DNA of 64,000 nucleotides from Candidatus Hodarchaeota archaeon (GCA_048886685.1 JBHLKM010000005.1:138958-202957); one strand, 5' to 3'. Counted from the first letter of the stretch, positions 18,865 to 29,807 are shown. Notes: generated from the sequence alone by a model not told the origin. Numbers and translations are program-made.

Positions 18865-19614
18865 TTAGTCCTCTTTAAATATATTTTCATCATCATATTT
18901 AGAATTTTTGATTATAGAAAATGGTATTGTCTGTTCATAAAAAGCTTTACCAATAATTACACCTCTAACACCCATTTGCCTCAACTTATCAATATCATCA
19001 ATGTCTCGAATCCCTCCTGCTACGTATATTGAAGCTTTTTTTACTGTATTTATCATTTTTTGTATATTTTGAAAATCGGGACCAGATAAAGTCCCATCTG
19101 CTTTAATTGATGAGAAAAGAATAATTCTCACTCCCAAATTCTCAATTTTTTTTACAAATGAGAATGGATTTTTAATAGAGAGTTTTGTCCATCCTTGAAT
19201 AGCAATTCTTTCACCATGATAATCAATTGCAACAATTATTTTATTAGGGCCAATCTTCTTCACTAATTTCTTCACTAATTTTGGATCCTCTATAGCAATT
19301 GTTCCTAAAATAATACGATCCGCTCCAATTTTGATAAGTTCGAATGCTGATTCAATATCTCTTATTCCTCCTCCGACTTGAATATTTATTTTATTAGATG
19401 CGTTCTTAATTAAGTTCTTAAATAAAATTCTATTAACGTCAGATCCCCATGCACCATCTAAATCTATAATATGAATTTTCTTTGCTCCTTTATTTATCCA
19501 AAATTCGAGAGCTTCAAGAGGATCTTCATAATATATTTTTTCAGTCCCCTTTAACCCTTGATATAATCGTACACACTTCCCTTTACTAATATCTATAGCT
19601 GGAATTATCTCCAT
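18865..19614 (-). CDS. hisA: ProFAR isomerase HisA
   Basis: IIPAIDISKGKCVRLYQG, HIIDLDGA, QVGGGIR, DGTLSGP, AGGI. Confidence 0.95.
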   Translation of the reverse strand: MEIIPAIDISKGKCVRLYQGLKGTEKIYYEDPLEALEFWINKGAKKIHIIDLDGAWGSDVNRILFKNLIKNASNKINIQVGGGIRDIESAFELIKIGADRIILGTIAIEDPKLVKKLVKKIGPNKIIVAIDYHGERIAIQGWTKLSIKNPFSFVKKIENLGVRIILFSSIKADGTLSGPDFQNIQKMINTVKKASIYVAGGIRDIDDIDKLRQMGVRGVIIGKAFYEQTIPFSIIKNSKYDDENIFKED

Positions 19615-19626
19615 AGTTCTAATAAG

Positions 19627-20901
19627 CTAAGGTGGATTGTTTTTTGTAATACTATATTTTACTAATACATAAAAGATTATTATAAGAAAAATTGTACTGC
19701 CAAAATTGAAAGGAAAAAAATCTTCTATTATAAAAAAAAGCCCCATAAATGCAAGATCAAAAAAGCTCATAAAAATTAGACTTGGTTTAATATATTTTTT
19801 TGTGAGATTAGATTGCCTTGGCAGATTGAATATAATTATTGTCAACAATGGGGTTAAATTAAGTAAGTGATGATCCCATGAATCAAAATAACAAAGGAAC
19901 ATAATTGAAATCCCAAAACAATAACCATATAATATGGAATATTTTGTAGTCCTTCTAAGGATATATGAAATGAATCCTATAGAAATAAAAATAATCGCGA
20001 TAAGGAAGAATAGAAGCATTTGGAGTGATATTACCTGATTTTCCGTTAACTCAATAAAATATAAGAAGTTGATAATGAGTTTTGTTATGCTAAATGAGTG
20101 ATTTATCTGTGAAGGTTCTGAACTTGTGAAATTAGCTTCAATAAACCCATCTAATAAATTGGGCAGTATTAAAAACATTATAAGATTGAAAGATAAAGGT
20201 AGTATTATTCCAATAAATCTAATAAAACTACGAAAGATGTCAAATTTCAATTTCTTCGTTATGAAATCATAATGAATTACAAGAATGAACGGAATCATAA
20301 AAATCGTTATTGGTTTTATTAATATGCTTATTCCGAGAAAAAAACTTGCTACAAATTCCCATTTTATCTCATTTTTTTTCATAAAAATATAAAGAGATAA
20401 TAAAATTAGTAAGGTCACATACAAATTGATTTGCCCTAAAATATAATTAAAGAAATTTGGTAAACTCATTAAGAATATGCTAATATAGAGTATAACTCTA
20501 TTTTCTCCTTTTTCATGATCACCCCCTCGGAGAAAAATAATAAGTTTGTAGAGGATAGAACATATCAAGATATTGAGAATTAAGTTAAGAGAATTGAATA
20601 TTATAAAACCTAAATCAAATCCCATAAGATGAAATGGTACAAAAAATAAGGAAGCGATTGGTAAATATCTAAATGGCCAATTGTATGGAGTAGTATAAAG
20701 ATCATTTACATTTTTTAACACAACCCCTCCTACATCGTAATATACTCTGAAATCATTTTTATTTCGAAAGAAAATAAGTGTTAAAATTAGCGAGATTATA
20801 AAATATCCCCCATGAATGATAACAGCATATTTGAATACCTTATAATTCCAGAGTACTCTAAATCTTAGTTTTGATTTAGATAAAAATTTTTGCAGATTCA
20901 T
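19627..20901 (-). CDS. GT87/DUF2029 (GT-C fold) membrane glycosyltransferase
   Basis: NDFRVYY, FRYLP, GQIN, IKP, SWDHH motifs; many TM helices. Confidence 0.75.
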   Translation of the reverse strand: MNLQKFLSKSKLRFRVLWNYKVFKYAVIIHGGYFIISLILTLIFFRNKNDFRVYYDVGGVVLKNVNDLYTTPYNWPFRYLPIASLFFVPFHLMGFDLGFIIFNSLNLILNILICSILYKLIIFLRGGDHEKGENRVILYISIFLMSLPNFFNYILGQINLYVTLLILLSLYIFMKKNEIKWEFVASFFLGISILIKPITIFMIPFILVIHYDFITKKLKFDIFRSFIRFIGIILPLSFNLIMFLILPNLLDGFIEANFTSSEPSQINHSFSITKLIINFLYFIELTENQVISLQMLLFFLIAIIFISIGFISYILRRTTKYSILYGYCFGISIMFLCYFDSWDHHLLNLTPLLTIIIFNLPRQSNLTKKYIKPSLIFMSFFDLAFMGLFFIIEDFFPFNFGSTIFLIIIFYVLVKYSITKNNPP

Positions 20902-21662
20902 TTTACATTTGTTTTTAATAATCTAATGGATTTATATTTTCTAATAAGATATACAATTACCCCAATAGATAAAACTGTGAATAATATTATCAAGGTGGGG
21001 AGAACATAAAAAGGCAAAAAATCGAGAGCAATATCAACAATTACTATATTTCCTTTAATGTAAAGCTTATATGAACTTAAAATTCCTTGATCATTATAAA
21101 TAGCAATAATCTTAATATATTTATTGGGATAACTTGGCCAAATAGCATCTTTTGGGATATCAACATTTAACGTTGGTAAAACCCTGTTATCTACATCATA
21201 CCACGCGTTTAATTTTAGACCCCCCATGTATTCTCCTACTGGAATTGGAAACCAAAACGGAACCAACGAACGATAAACTGAAAAGTTTAATTCTTCAGTG
21301 TAATCATTTGGATTATTAAGGTATATAATCTGGGAATCATTATCTTTAAAACCCCAATTATTATTTCGTGTCCAGAACCAAATACTAAATTCAATTTTAT
21401 TCACAGTTTCATTTAGTTCGACGGTATTAATCTTCCATCTCATTGATGTTCCCTTACTTAAATTAAGAAAAATTCCAGAATTATCCCATTCAGACCCAAA
21501 AATGAAGTTCATTTCAGCTTCGTCGCAAATTTTACATTTCCAAATCAACTCATCATCTTCATCGACACCTACTTTATAATTAATCGCATTTACATTTAAT
21601 ACCATTCCGCTCATCATTAAAGAAAAAAAGACAAAACTAAAAAAAATCAGTCTATACTTCAA
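20898..21662 (-). CDS. Secreted surface protein with a C-terminal membrane anchor
   Basis: N-terminal signal peptide, C-terminal TM helix followed by basic tail, NxS/T sequons. Confidence 0.7.
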   Translation of the reverse strand: MKYRLIFFSFVFFSLMMSGMVLNVNAINYKVGVDEDDELIWKCKICDEAEMNFIFGSEWDNSGIFLNLSKGTSMRWKINTVELNETVNKIEFSIWFWTRNNNWGFKDNDSQIIYLNNPNDYTEELNFSVYRSLVPFWFPIPVGEYMGGLKLNAWYDVDNRVLPTLNVDIPKDAIWPSYPNKYIKIIAIYNDQGILSSYKLYIKGNIVIVDIALDFLPFYVLPTLIILFTVLSIGVIVYLIRKYKSIRLLKTNVK

Positions 21663-21666
21663 TTTT

Positions 21667-22929
21667 TTAGTCCTCCTTTAAATTTTTTCCTTTACTTTTC
21701 ATGGAATATTTTGAAACAGCATATAATGAAACTAAGAGGAAAAAAGTGGCTTCAAAATTAAATGGGAATAAGGGGTAAATAAGATACCAAATTCCTACAA
21801 ACGCAAGGTCAAAAAAGCTAAAGAAAAATAGACTTGGTTTGATAGAACTTGTAATTTCTGAATATCTAGGAAGATTAAATATTATGATAATTAAGATTGG
21901 AGTTAAATTCAAGAGGTGATGATCCCATGAATCATAGTAAGCAAGTAGCATAATAGTAATCCCAAACGCAAATCCATAAATTATTGAATCTCCTTCAAAT
22001 CTTCTAATTATAAAAATAATGAAACCCAAACCTCCTAATATGGAAACTACTCCAATCAATATATAAATTTGGTTAAAGGGTATATTATAAAAATAACAGA
22101 AATTAGTTATTAGTTTGGTTATACTAAAAGAAAAATTTAAGGCAACAGGATTGCTTCCCGTGAAGTTAGTGTCTAAAAATCCGTTCCATAATGGAGGATA
22201 GGCAAAAAAGAGAATAAAATTTAATAATACAGGTAAAGAAACTCCTATCAACCGTGTCATCGTAGTATAAAAATCAAAATTTAATTTCTTATTTACCAAA
22301 TCAAATTTTAAAATAATTAAAAACGGGATTAAAAAAAAAGCTGTAGGTTTAATTATTATTCCAATTCCTAATATTAAACTTCCTACTAATTGCCATTTGA
22401 AATTTTCATATTTTAAAAATATGTAAAGTGATACTAAAATGAATAAGGTAATGTATAGGTTAATTTGCCCATAAATGTAATTCAATATATGAGGTAGGCC
22501 AATTAAATATATACATACATATAATATGACTCTTTTATCATCCTTTTCATGATCATTGTTCCTAACTAGTAGAATGGTCTTATAAAGGATTAGACAGATC
22601 AAAATGTTAAGGATCATATTGACAATATTAAATATTACGAATGCTAATTCAAAACTTATAATTGAAAATGGTATAAAAAAGAGTGCTGATAAAGGAAAAT
22701 ATCTAAAATCCCATAAATAATTCGTTTGATTATACAAATTTTCGATATCATTAAGAAATATATCCCCAACATTATAAAAAATTACAAAATCATTTTTTTC
22801 CTTGTAAAGTAAGAAAAATAAAACAATTGAAAGTAAAAAGTAAAAACTATGAAGAATTAAAGCATATCGAAAAATTCTGTATTCCCAGAGCTCTTTGATT
22901 CTTTTAAAAATCCTTGTTTTTAAACTCAT
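21667..22929 (-). CDS. GT87/DUF2029 glycosyltransferase paralogue
   Basis: NDFVIFY, FRYFP, GQINLY, IKP, SWDHH; full-length similarity to 19627..20901. Confidence 0.75.
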   Translation of the reverse strand: MSLKTRIFKRIKELWEYRIFRYALILHSFYFLLSIVLFFLLYKEKNDFVIFYNVGDIFLNDIENLYNQTNYLWDFRYFPLSALFFIPFSIISFELAFVIFNIVNMILNILICLILYKTILLVRNNDHEKDDKRVILYVCIYLIGLPHILNYIYGQINLYITLFILVSLYIFLKYENFKWQLVGSLILGIGIIIKPTAFFLIPFLIILKFDLVNKKLNFDFYTTMTRLIGVSLPVLLNFILFFAYPPLWNGFLDTNFTGSNPVALNFSFSITKLITNFCYFYNIPFNQIYILIGVVSILGGLGFIIFIIRRFEGDSIIYGFAFGITIMLLAYYDSWDHHLLNLTPILIIIIFNLPRYSEITSSIKPSLFFFSFFDLAFVGIWYLIYPLFPFNFEATFFLLVSLYAVSKYSMKSKGKNLKED

Positions 22930-23021
22930 AAATCCATTAATAAATTATTATTTTAATTTTAAATTCTTTAATTAACTCACTATAATTAAATTTTTTAAAA
23001 ATTATTTTTAGGAAATACAAG

Positions 23022-24455
23022 ATGTCCTTTCTTAATAAAGAAATTGAAAGAGTTACATTTGGGATAATCGTTGGAAATCGCGATGTTTTTCCCGATCACC
23101 TTGCTAATGAAGGAAGAGCCGCAATAGTAGATGTTATGAAGGAATTAAGTTATGATTATGTTATTCTGAGTAAAGAAGAGACAAAATATGGAGTAGTAGA
23201 AACTTATGAAGATGCAAAGAAATGTGCTAAGTTATTTAAGGAAAGTAGAGATAAGATTAATGGAATTTTGGTGATTTTACCTAATTTTGGTGATGAAAAA
23301 GGTATTGCCAATACAATTAAGCTGGCAAATCTTAATGTTCCCGTCTTAATTCATGCATCATCAGACGAACTCGGTAAGATGGATAGAGCACACAGAAGAG
23401 ACGCATTTTGTGGGAAAATTTCTGTTACCAGTGTGTTATATCAATATGGGATTCCATTTACACTTACTAAATCTCATACTTGCTCAATTAAGTCAGAAGT
23501 TTTTAAAGCAGATATAGAGAGATTCGAAAAAATATGTAAAATAGTGAATAAACTTAGGAATGCGAGGTTAGGTCAAATTGGTACACGACCCAATGCTTTT
23601 GAAACTGTTAGATACAGTGAAAAAATATTGGAATTTAACGGTATAAGTGTAGAACCAATTGATTTATCTGAAATTCTAGGGTTAATTGAAGGATTAAAAG
23701 ATAATGATCTAAAAGTAAAAGAAAAGATTGAATTTATCAAAAATTATACGTTAACTACATCCTTTTCAGAAGAAGGGGTGTTAAAATTAGCAAAATTAGC
23801 AGTTATAATTGAAAATTGGGTAATTGAGAATGACCTCGATGGATTTGCTTTTCAATGTTGGCCATCAATCCAAGATAATTTTGGTATCGTGCCTTGCGCT
23901 GTGTTAAGTATGTTTAGCGAGGGACTTGTGCCTGCTGCATGTGAGGTTGATATTTCAGGATTAATTGGAATGCTAATTTTACAGATGGCTTCTAACAGAC
24001 CTTCAGCAATCTTAGATTGGAATAATAATTTCGGAGATGATCCCAATAAAATGGTTCTATTCCATTGTAGCAATTTGCCAAAGTCATTCTTTCAAAACAC
24101 AAGAATGACAATTCACCCAATAATTTCAGATCTTAAGGGAGGAGAGGTAAGTTATGGGGCAATCCAGGGTCGAATTAAAAGTAAACAATGTACATTGCTT
24201 AGGATTGAAACGGATGACCTATTTGGAGATATCAAGGCAATTCTCGCAGAGGGTATTTATACTGATGATCCTTTGGATACATTTGGCGGTTATGGTATAG
24301 TAGAGATTCCAGACTTACAAAAACTCTTGAAATCTTTATGCCTAGGTGGATTTGCGCACCATGTTGCAGCGACTTTAGATATAGTTGGTGATATAGTTTA
24401 TGAAGCTCTTTTTAAATATTTAGGTTTTAATATAGAATTTCATAATAATAGCTAA
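23022..24455 (+). CDS. L-fucose/L-arabinose isomerase family protein
   Basis: NFGDE, RRDAFCGKIS, QCWP, ACEVD, FHCSN, FAHH motifs. Confidence 0.85.
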   Translation: MSFLNKEIERVTFGIIVGNRDVFPDHLANEGRAAIVDVMKELSYDYVILSKEETKYGVVETYEDAKKCAKLFKESRDKINGILVILPNFGDEKGIANTIKLANLNVPVLIHASSDELGKMDRAHRRDAFCGKISVTSVLYQYGIPFTLTKSHTCSIKSEVFKADIERFEKICKIVNKLRNARLGQIGTRPNAFETVRYSEKILEFNGISVEPIDLSEILGLIEGLKDNDLKVKEKIEFIKNYTLTTSFSEEGVLKLAKLAVIIENWVIENDLDGFAFQCWPSIQDNFGIVPCAVLSMFSEGLVPAACEVDISGLIGMLILQMASNRPSAILDWNNNFGDDPNKMVLFHCSNLPKSFFQNTRMTIHPIISDLKGGEVSYGAIQGRIKSKQCTLLRIETDDLFGDIKAILAEGIYTDDPLDTFGGYGIVEIPDLQKLLKSLCLGGFAHHVAATLDIVGDIVYEALFKYLGFNIEFHNNS

Positions 24456-24458
24456 AAC

Positions 24459-25556
24459 TTAATTTTTTTTTCTTTTTATTGCAAGATCTTTTTGGAAAAA
24501 TCCTGATTTAATAAGATTACTTTTCTCGGTATCAATATGAGTTAATATATCAAAAAGATGATATCTTGGACTATTATTATGACAATTTAAAATACGTTTC
24601 CGAGTTAAATATATTGAGTATTCTGAAATGTCGCATCCAATCCATCTTCTTTTTAACTTTTCTGCAGTTAAAAGACTAGTACCTGATCCACAAAAAAAGT
24701 CCGCAACTAAATCTCCCTCATTAGAGCCTAGCTCTATTATTCTTTCAAGTAAGGAATGATGTTTTTGTGTAGGGAATCCTGTCCACTCTTTTGAAGCTGG
24801 TTGTAAACAGGGAATTTTCCAAACGTCATCAAGTTTTTTGTCTTTAACGACGCGATATCTTACATGTCCATTCTCATCTTTTAGATTTTTAAGTACACCA
24901 TTAACATTAATCCTTAATAATTGTTTCCTAGGTTTCTTACGAGGTATTCTTATTTCGTTAAAAGTGTAATTAAGTGATTTAGAATAGACTAGGATGTTAT
25001 CATGTGCACGTGGTAAATTTTTCTTCCCAGCAGAGTATTTATTATAATAATACCATATAATGTTATTTATAAAATTATTTTCTCCAAAAACCTCGTCTAA
25101 TATCAGTCTTACATAATGACTGGCATGCCAATCCAAATGAATAAATAATAATCCTGTTTCTGATAATAATTTTTTAAATAGTATTATCCTCTCATATAGC
25201 ATTTGTAAATATGAATCTAAATCTTTTTCCCAGTGATCATAATAAGCAATAAAATCAAATTTCTTACCTTTTTCTGTAATTTCAATTTTATAATTAACTC
25301 CAGAAAAGAAAGGTGGATCAATGTAAATCAAATCAATTTTATTTTCAAAATCATTTAATAGATGGAATAATACTCCTAAATTTTCTCCCCAGAATAATTT
25401 ATTTTTCCAATCTTTATAAAATGGTTTAGCAGGGATATCTATATCATCTTTGCTTGAATTAATAATGAAAGGTTTAAAAAAATTGGAAAATTCTTTTTTT
25501 AGGTCCTCTATTTGCACGGAAATATCTGTTTTATTCGCCCAAATTAGGTTAACCAT
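24459..25556 (-). CDS. Beta-class N6/N4 DNA methyltransferase (orphan)
   Basis: DLIYIDPPF precedes FPTQK...ADFFCGSGT (beta motif order). Confidence 0.88.
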   Translation of the reverse strand: MVNLIWANKTDISVQIEDLKKEFSNFFKPFIINSSKDDIDIPAKPFYKDWKNKLFWGENLGVLFHLLNDFENKIDLIYIDPPFFSGVNYKIEITEKGKKFDFIAYYDHWEKDLDSYLQMLYERIILFKKLLSETGLLFIHLDWHASHYVRLILDEVFGENNFINNIIWYYYNKYSAGKKNLPRAHDNILVYSKSLNYTFNEIRIPRKKPRKQLLRINVNGVLKNLKDENGHVRYRVVKDKKLDDVWKIPCLQPASKEWTGFPTQKHHSLLERIIELGSNEGDLVADFFCGSGTSLLTAEKLKRRWIGCDISEYSIYLTRKRILNCHNNSPRYHLFDILTHIDTEKSNLIKSGFFQKDLAIKRKKN

Positions 25557-25579
25557 TTTAATACAATAAAAAGAATTTA

Positions 25580-26314
25580 TTATCTACTTTCTAATTTCTC
25601 AATTAAATCATCAAACTCTTTATCTGAAAGAAAACCTTTAAGAGCCATTATTTCTTTGATGTTTTCCATAATTTGAGGTGCTCCCTTTGCTTCAGTTACG
25701 GTTTCTTCCAAAGCTTCAATTTTTTTTTTAAGTGCGCTTACTTCTTTTGCTTGAGTTTCTCGATCATCCCTAAGAGTTTCAATTTCTATATATTTTTCTG
25801 AATTAATTGTTTGCAATTCTTTCTTGAGATCCTCAATTTCATTTTCTTTTTGCTGTAGTTCATCCTTAATACTTGCTTTTTCACGTTCATAATTTTCTAA
25901 TACGCTATTTTTTTCTTTTTCCAAGGTTTCTGCTTTTAACGTTGCTTCTTTTAATTTATTTTCCAATTCTGTAATTTTAGAATCTGCCTCTGTCAGTTTT
26001 TCTTCTATTTCTGTTTTGGAAGATTTGATTTTATTAATTTCGGCATCAGCATAAAGTTTTTCTTCCCTTATTCTTTCAAGATTTTTTTGCGTTTCCGAAA
26101 GACTCTGTGACTGATCCTCTGCTTTTTTCGATACATCTGTGAACTCTTCTTTTATCAACTGAAGCTCAGTTGAAGTCTTTTCTAGATCTTTTGTTTTTTG
26201 AGCTAATTGCTTTTCTAAATTATTAATTTTAGATCTTAAGTCTAACAAAAATTTTCCCTCAATTGCTATCTTCTTTTCTGGTCTTTCTTCGGCTTTAGCC
26301 CAATCTATCGACAT
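25580..26314 (-). CDS. Long coiled-coil protein
   Basis: Heptad-rich K/E/L rod; MSIDW head and GFLSDKE tail. Confidence 0.75.
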   Translation of the reverse strand: MSIDWAKAEERPEKKIAIEGKFLLDLRSKINNLEKQLAQKTKDLEKTSTELQLIKEEFTDVSKKAEDQSQSLSETQKNLERIREEKLYADAEINKIKSSKTEIEEKLTEADSKITELENKLKEATLKAETLEKEKNSVLENYEREKASIKDELQQKENEIEDLKKELQTINSEKYIEIETLRDDRETQAKEVSALKKKIEALEETVTEAKGAPQIMENIKEIMALKGFLSDKEFDDLIEKLESR

Positions 26315-26557
26315 TATTTAACCTCCTTAACCAATTCTATAATTTCATTCATTAATATAAAATTTATAATCATTTGGATTAAATTTTTTTAAGTTTCAAC
26401 TATTTTTTAAATCATTTAACTATATTTTTATTATTATTTATCACATATGAAATATGATTTTATTAAACTATGTTTCAAAGGAAATAAATATTGTCTTAAA
26501 AATTATTGTATAATATTTTGAAGTGAGTATTATTATAATTTTTTTAATAATAAGATC

Positions 26558-27286
26558 TTAATCCATTATTTCATTTAACAATGGTTCAAGTTCCTTATCA
26601 GAAAGAAATCCTTTAACGTCAACCAAATCTTTTATTTTTTTTATTAAAGTGAAAATAATTTCTGATTTTGCTATTTGAGCCTCAATCGATTCAACCCTTT
26701 TAATTTGATATGATGTCTTTCCTTTTTCAACTACCAAATTCTTTTTTAGGAATTCAATTTCTTTATCTCGTTGATCAATTATAGCTTTAGTGTTTTGAAT
26801 TACCTTTTCTTTCTCGAATAATTCTTTAACTTTATTTGACATCTCTTCTTCTTTAGATCGCATTTCTTTTTCTTTTAGCATCAATTTCTTTCCTAGATCC
26901 TCAGATTTCTTCACGATAAGTTTTAATTGACTTTCCAATGTTGTTATTTTTTTTGTAGATTCATTTAATTTTTTCTCTAAGTCAGAATTTGCTGCATTTA
27001 ATTGAGTTATCTTTATATCTGCATGAAGTTTCTCCTCTTGAATTTTATTAAGTGATTTTCTAGCCATAGATCTCTTTTCAGTAAGTTGAATCAAACTTTT
27101 TTCTCGACCTGCTAATTTTTTTTTTGTATTTTCTAATAGTTCTGCTTGTTTTTCCAATTCTTTAACTAGTTGGTCAATCTTTTGTTCTAAATCCTCATTT
27201 CTGGATCTAAACTCTAATAAAGTGTTACCTTCTATAGAAATCCTCTTTTTGGGATTTTCCTCTATTTTTGTCCAGTCTATACTCAT
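26558..27286 (-). CDS. Long coiled-coil protein, paralogue of 25580..26314
   Basis: Same MSIDW head, EEKLxADxxI mid motif and GFLSDKE tail. Confidence 0.75.
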   Translation of the reverse strand: MSIDWTKIEENPKKRISIEGNTLLEFRSRNEDLEQKIDQLVKELEKQAELLENTKKKLAGREKSLIQLTEKRSMARKSLNKIQEEKLHADIKITQLNAANSDLEKKLNESTKKITTLESQLKLIVKKSEDLGKKLMLKEKEMRSKEEEMSNKVKELFEKEKVIQNTKAIIDQRDKEIEFLKKNLVVEKGKTSYQIKRVESIEAQIAKSEIIFTLIKKIKDLVDVKGFLSDKELEPLLNEIMD

Positions 27287-27456
27287 ATCAATTCACTAAT
27301 CTTATTTTTAAAAAGTTTAATAATTATGATTTGATTTATTTTCAACTTTACTTCTTTATTAAATCTATAAAATTAAATTAATTTTTCATAAAAAATAATT
27401 ATTTTAGTGAAAAAGTATTGATTATACAAGATTAAATAGGGAAAGATCTTTTTCAC

Positions 27457-28260
27457 ATGGTTAAGATTGAAATTGGGACAGCTGGATGGGATTATAAAGA
27501 CTGGATTGGATCTTTTTACCCAAAAAAGTTAAAGAGAGTTCATCATTTAGAATATTTCTCTAAGTATTTTAACATTGTTGAGATAAATTCTACTTTTTAT
27601 AATCTTCCCTCTATTGATATGGTTAATAATTGGAAATTACGTGTTCCAGCAAATTTTCGTTTCATTGTTAAGATATGGCAAAGGATTACACATAATCTTG
27701 ATGATCCTGATTTAGATTTATACATCGAAAATTTTTTTTCTACTTTAGCATTTTTGGATGAAAAAATTAAAGCATTTTTATTACAATTTCCCCCTTGGTT
27801 TAAATTTTCAGAAAATAATTTTAATAAATTGAAATCACTAATTAAAGCACTTTCTACAGACTATAATTATATTCTTGAATTAAGACACAATTCTTGGTTT
27901 AGTCTAGAAATTCTTTCTAAACTTATTGATGGACATAATCAAATACTTGGAACAACATATATGCCCGGAATTATCCCTTACTATATGGAACATCAAAAAT
28001 ATTATTATATTAGGTTGATTGGAGATAGAAAACTCACTGTTTTTAACCGGATTCAAAGAGATCAAAAGATTGCCTTAAATGACCTTTATAAAAACATTCA
28101 AAATTTAATGAACACACCTGAGATATATGAAATCTTCATCATCGTCAACAACCATTTTCAAGGTTCGGCTCCTGAAAGTGTAAATAATTTAAGAAAGTAT
28201 TTTGGAATACCATTCCATAGTTTTAACCATCAAAAATCCTTAACTGAATTTATAAAATAA
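27457..28260 (+). CDS. DUF72 (YecE-like) protein
   Basis: IGTAGWDYKDWIGSFYP, VEINSTFY, LLQFPP, ELRH, YIRLIG, NNH. Confidence 0.9.
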   Translation: MVKIEIGTAGWDYKDWIGSFYPKKLKRVHHLEYFSKYFNIVEINSTFYNLPSIDMVNNWKLRVPANFRFIVKIWQRITHNLDDPDLDLYIENFFSTLAFLDEKIKAFLLQFPPWFKFSENNFNKLKSLIKALSTDYNYILELRHNSWFSLEILSKLIDGHNQILGTTYMPGIIPYYMEHQKYYYIRLIGDRKLTVFNRIQRDQKIALNDLYKNIQNLMNTPEIYEIFIIVNNHFQGSAPESVNNLRKYFGIPFHSFNHQKSLTEFIK

Positions 28261-28361
28261 AATCCTTTAATCCTAAAAACTGAGACCAATAACTCTTTTA
28301 GATATTTAAATCGCTCTTTTGAATAAGAAAATTTAAATATTTTAAGTCTGACTAATTTTTT

Positions 28362-29627
28362 ATGGATATCATTGATAATTTAAAGAAAATAGGCAAAAAT
28401 TGGAGATTAGCTACACTTGTAATTTGGTTGTTGGTAGGAGTGGCGATAATCCCTTATCCTAATCGTATAGTTTCGGGTATAGGAATTTTGATTTTTCTTC
28501 CATTTTTAGTATTCTTAATGTTCCTATTTTTACTATCTCTAATCTCTAAAAAAAATATCTTTGAATATTCACCATGGAAAGTCATATTGTTTCTTATAAT
28601 ATCTTTACCAATAATGCTCTTAATATCAATAGTCTTAATCATCTTGTTTGCTATTTCAATTATCACCTATTTCTTTTTTGTGAGTTGGTTCATCTTTTAT
28701 GGTTGTTATTTACTCGGAAAAAGAATAGATGATAAATTGATCTCAGATGGAGGGAGGAAGCGCTTTTTAAGAGTTCTAATTTTTTTCGGGGGATTGGCTG
28801 CTTCATTGTCATGTTTGTATCTCTTTATAATAGGTCCTGATTTATTTGATTTTTCCATTATACTCAAAACCCCTATTGAGGATAAATTCCCATGGTGGTT
28901 AAACATAATTTATATGATAGTAGGAGGTGTACTCGTATCACTAGCAATTATCTGTATAGTATATATGTTCAAAAAGAGTTTTAATGGATGGTTTGGTATA
29001 TTTGCTATTTTAGTTTCATTCTATACATTGTTTTTAGTTATGAAAATTTATATGGGTTTAGTCAGTTTAGTTGGCACTGGTACAGATCCAGAAGAAATAG
29101 CTTCTATTTGGGCATATTTGGGTATAATTATCCCTGATCTCTTTATAATATTTTATTCTCTCAGCACGCTTATGGGTTCGCAAGCTGAACTTCTAAGCAA
29201 AAGGATAAAAAGATTTGGGACTGATACAATAATCATTTGGCTAATTCTTTCTAAAGTTGCATATGAATTTATTCATTACTTCCCTTATAATATCCTTGAA
29301 GATGTTAATATTCCTTGGATTCCTTGGATAAGTGAAATAAGTTATTTAGATGACACACAAATTAATTACTGGAAAAATATTGCTGTTTTAGTATTCTTCA
29401 TCGTGGTATTGGTTGTTATTGGGATCTATGAAATTCGTAAATATTATAGGGTGCAAAAAATACCAATGGAAAAAGGGTTAGATGAAGAAAAAGAAATTTC
29501 CTTGCCAGAGCTTACTACATACGAGCCTCAACCAAATGTTGCAGAAGATAGTCTAGAAAGTTTGGATTCTGATAATTATGAAGAAGAAAGCGGCGATCAT
29601 TTTGAAGAAAGTAACAATAATTTCTAA
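28362..29627 (+). CDS. Polytopic membrane protein with an acidic C-terminal tail
   Basis: About 9-10 hydrophobic segments; D/E-rich tail. Confidence 0.7.
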   Translation: MDIIDNLKKIGKNWRLATLVIWLLVGVAIIPYPNRIVSGIGILIFLPFLVFLMFLFLLSLISKKNIFEYSPWKVILFLIISLPIMLLISIVLIILFAISIITYFFFVSWFIFYGCYLLGKRIDDKLISDGGRKRFLRVLIFFGGLAASLSCLYLFIIGPDLFDFSIILKTPIEDKFPWWLNIIYMIVGGVLVSLAIICIVYMFKKSFNGWFGIFAILVSFYTLFLVMKIYMGLVSLVGTGTDPEEIASIWAYLGIIIPDLFIIFYSLSTLMGSQAELLSKRIKRFGTDTIIIWLILSKVAYEFIHYFPYNILEDVNIPWIPWISEISYLDDTQINYWKNIAVLVFFIVVLVVIGIYEIRKYYRVQKIPMEKGLDEEKEISLPELTTYEPQPNVAEDSLESLDSDNYEEESGDHFEESNNNF

Positions 29628-29807
29628 CTAACATCAATATTTTTTATTTAAAACAACCTTCTTTTTTTTTTACATAGTAAATGAATGAGAAATACATTAA
29701 TAGCTTATGATTTGATTAAAAATTAAAAATTCTCTATAGATTAATAGTTTAATAATTAGTTTTATTAAACAAATAATCAAAAAGTATCATACTTAAATTC
29801 TATTTCC

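Noticed and set aside
25580-27286. SMC/chromosome partition annotation for the coiled-coil pair
   Set aside because: No Walker A/B motifs or hinge; similarity would be compositional only
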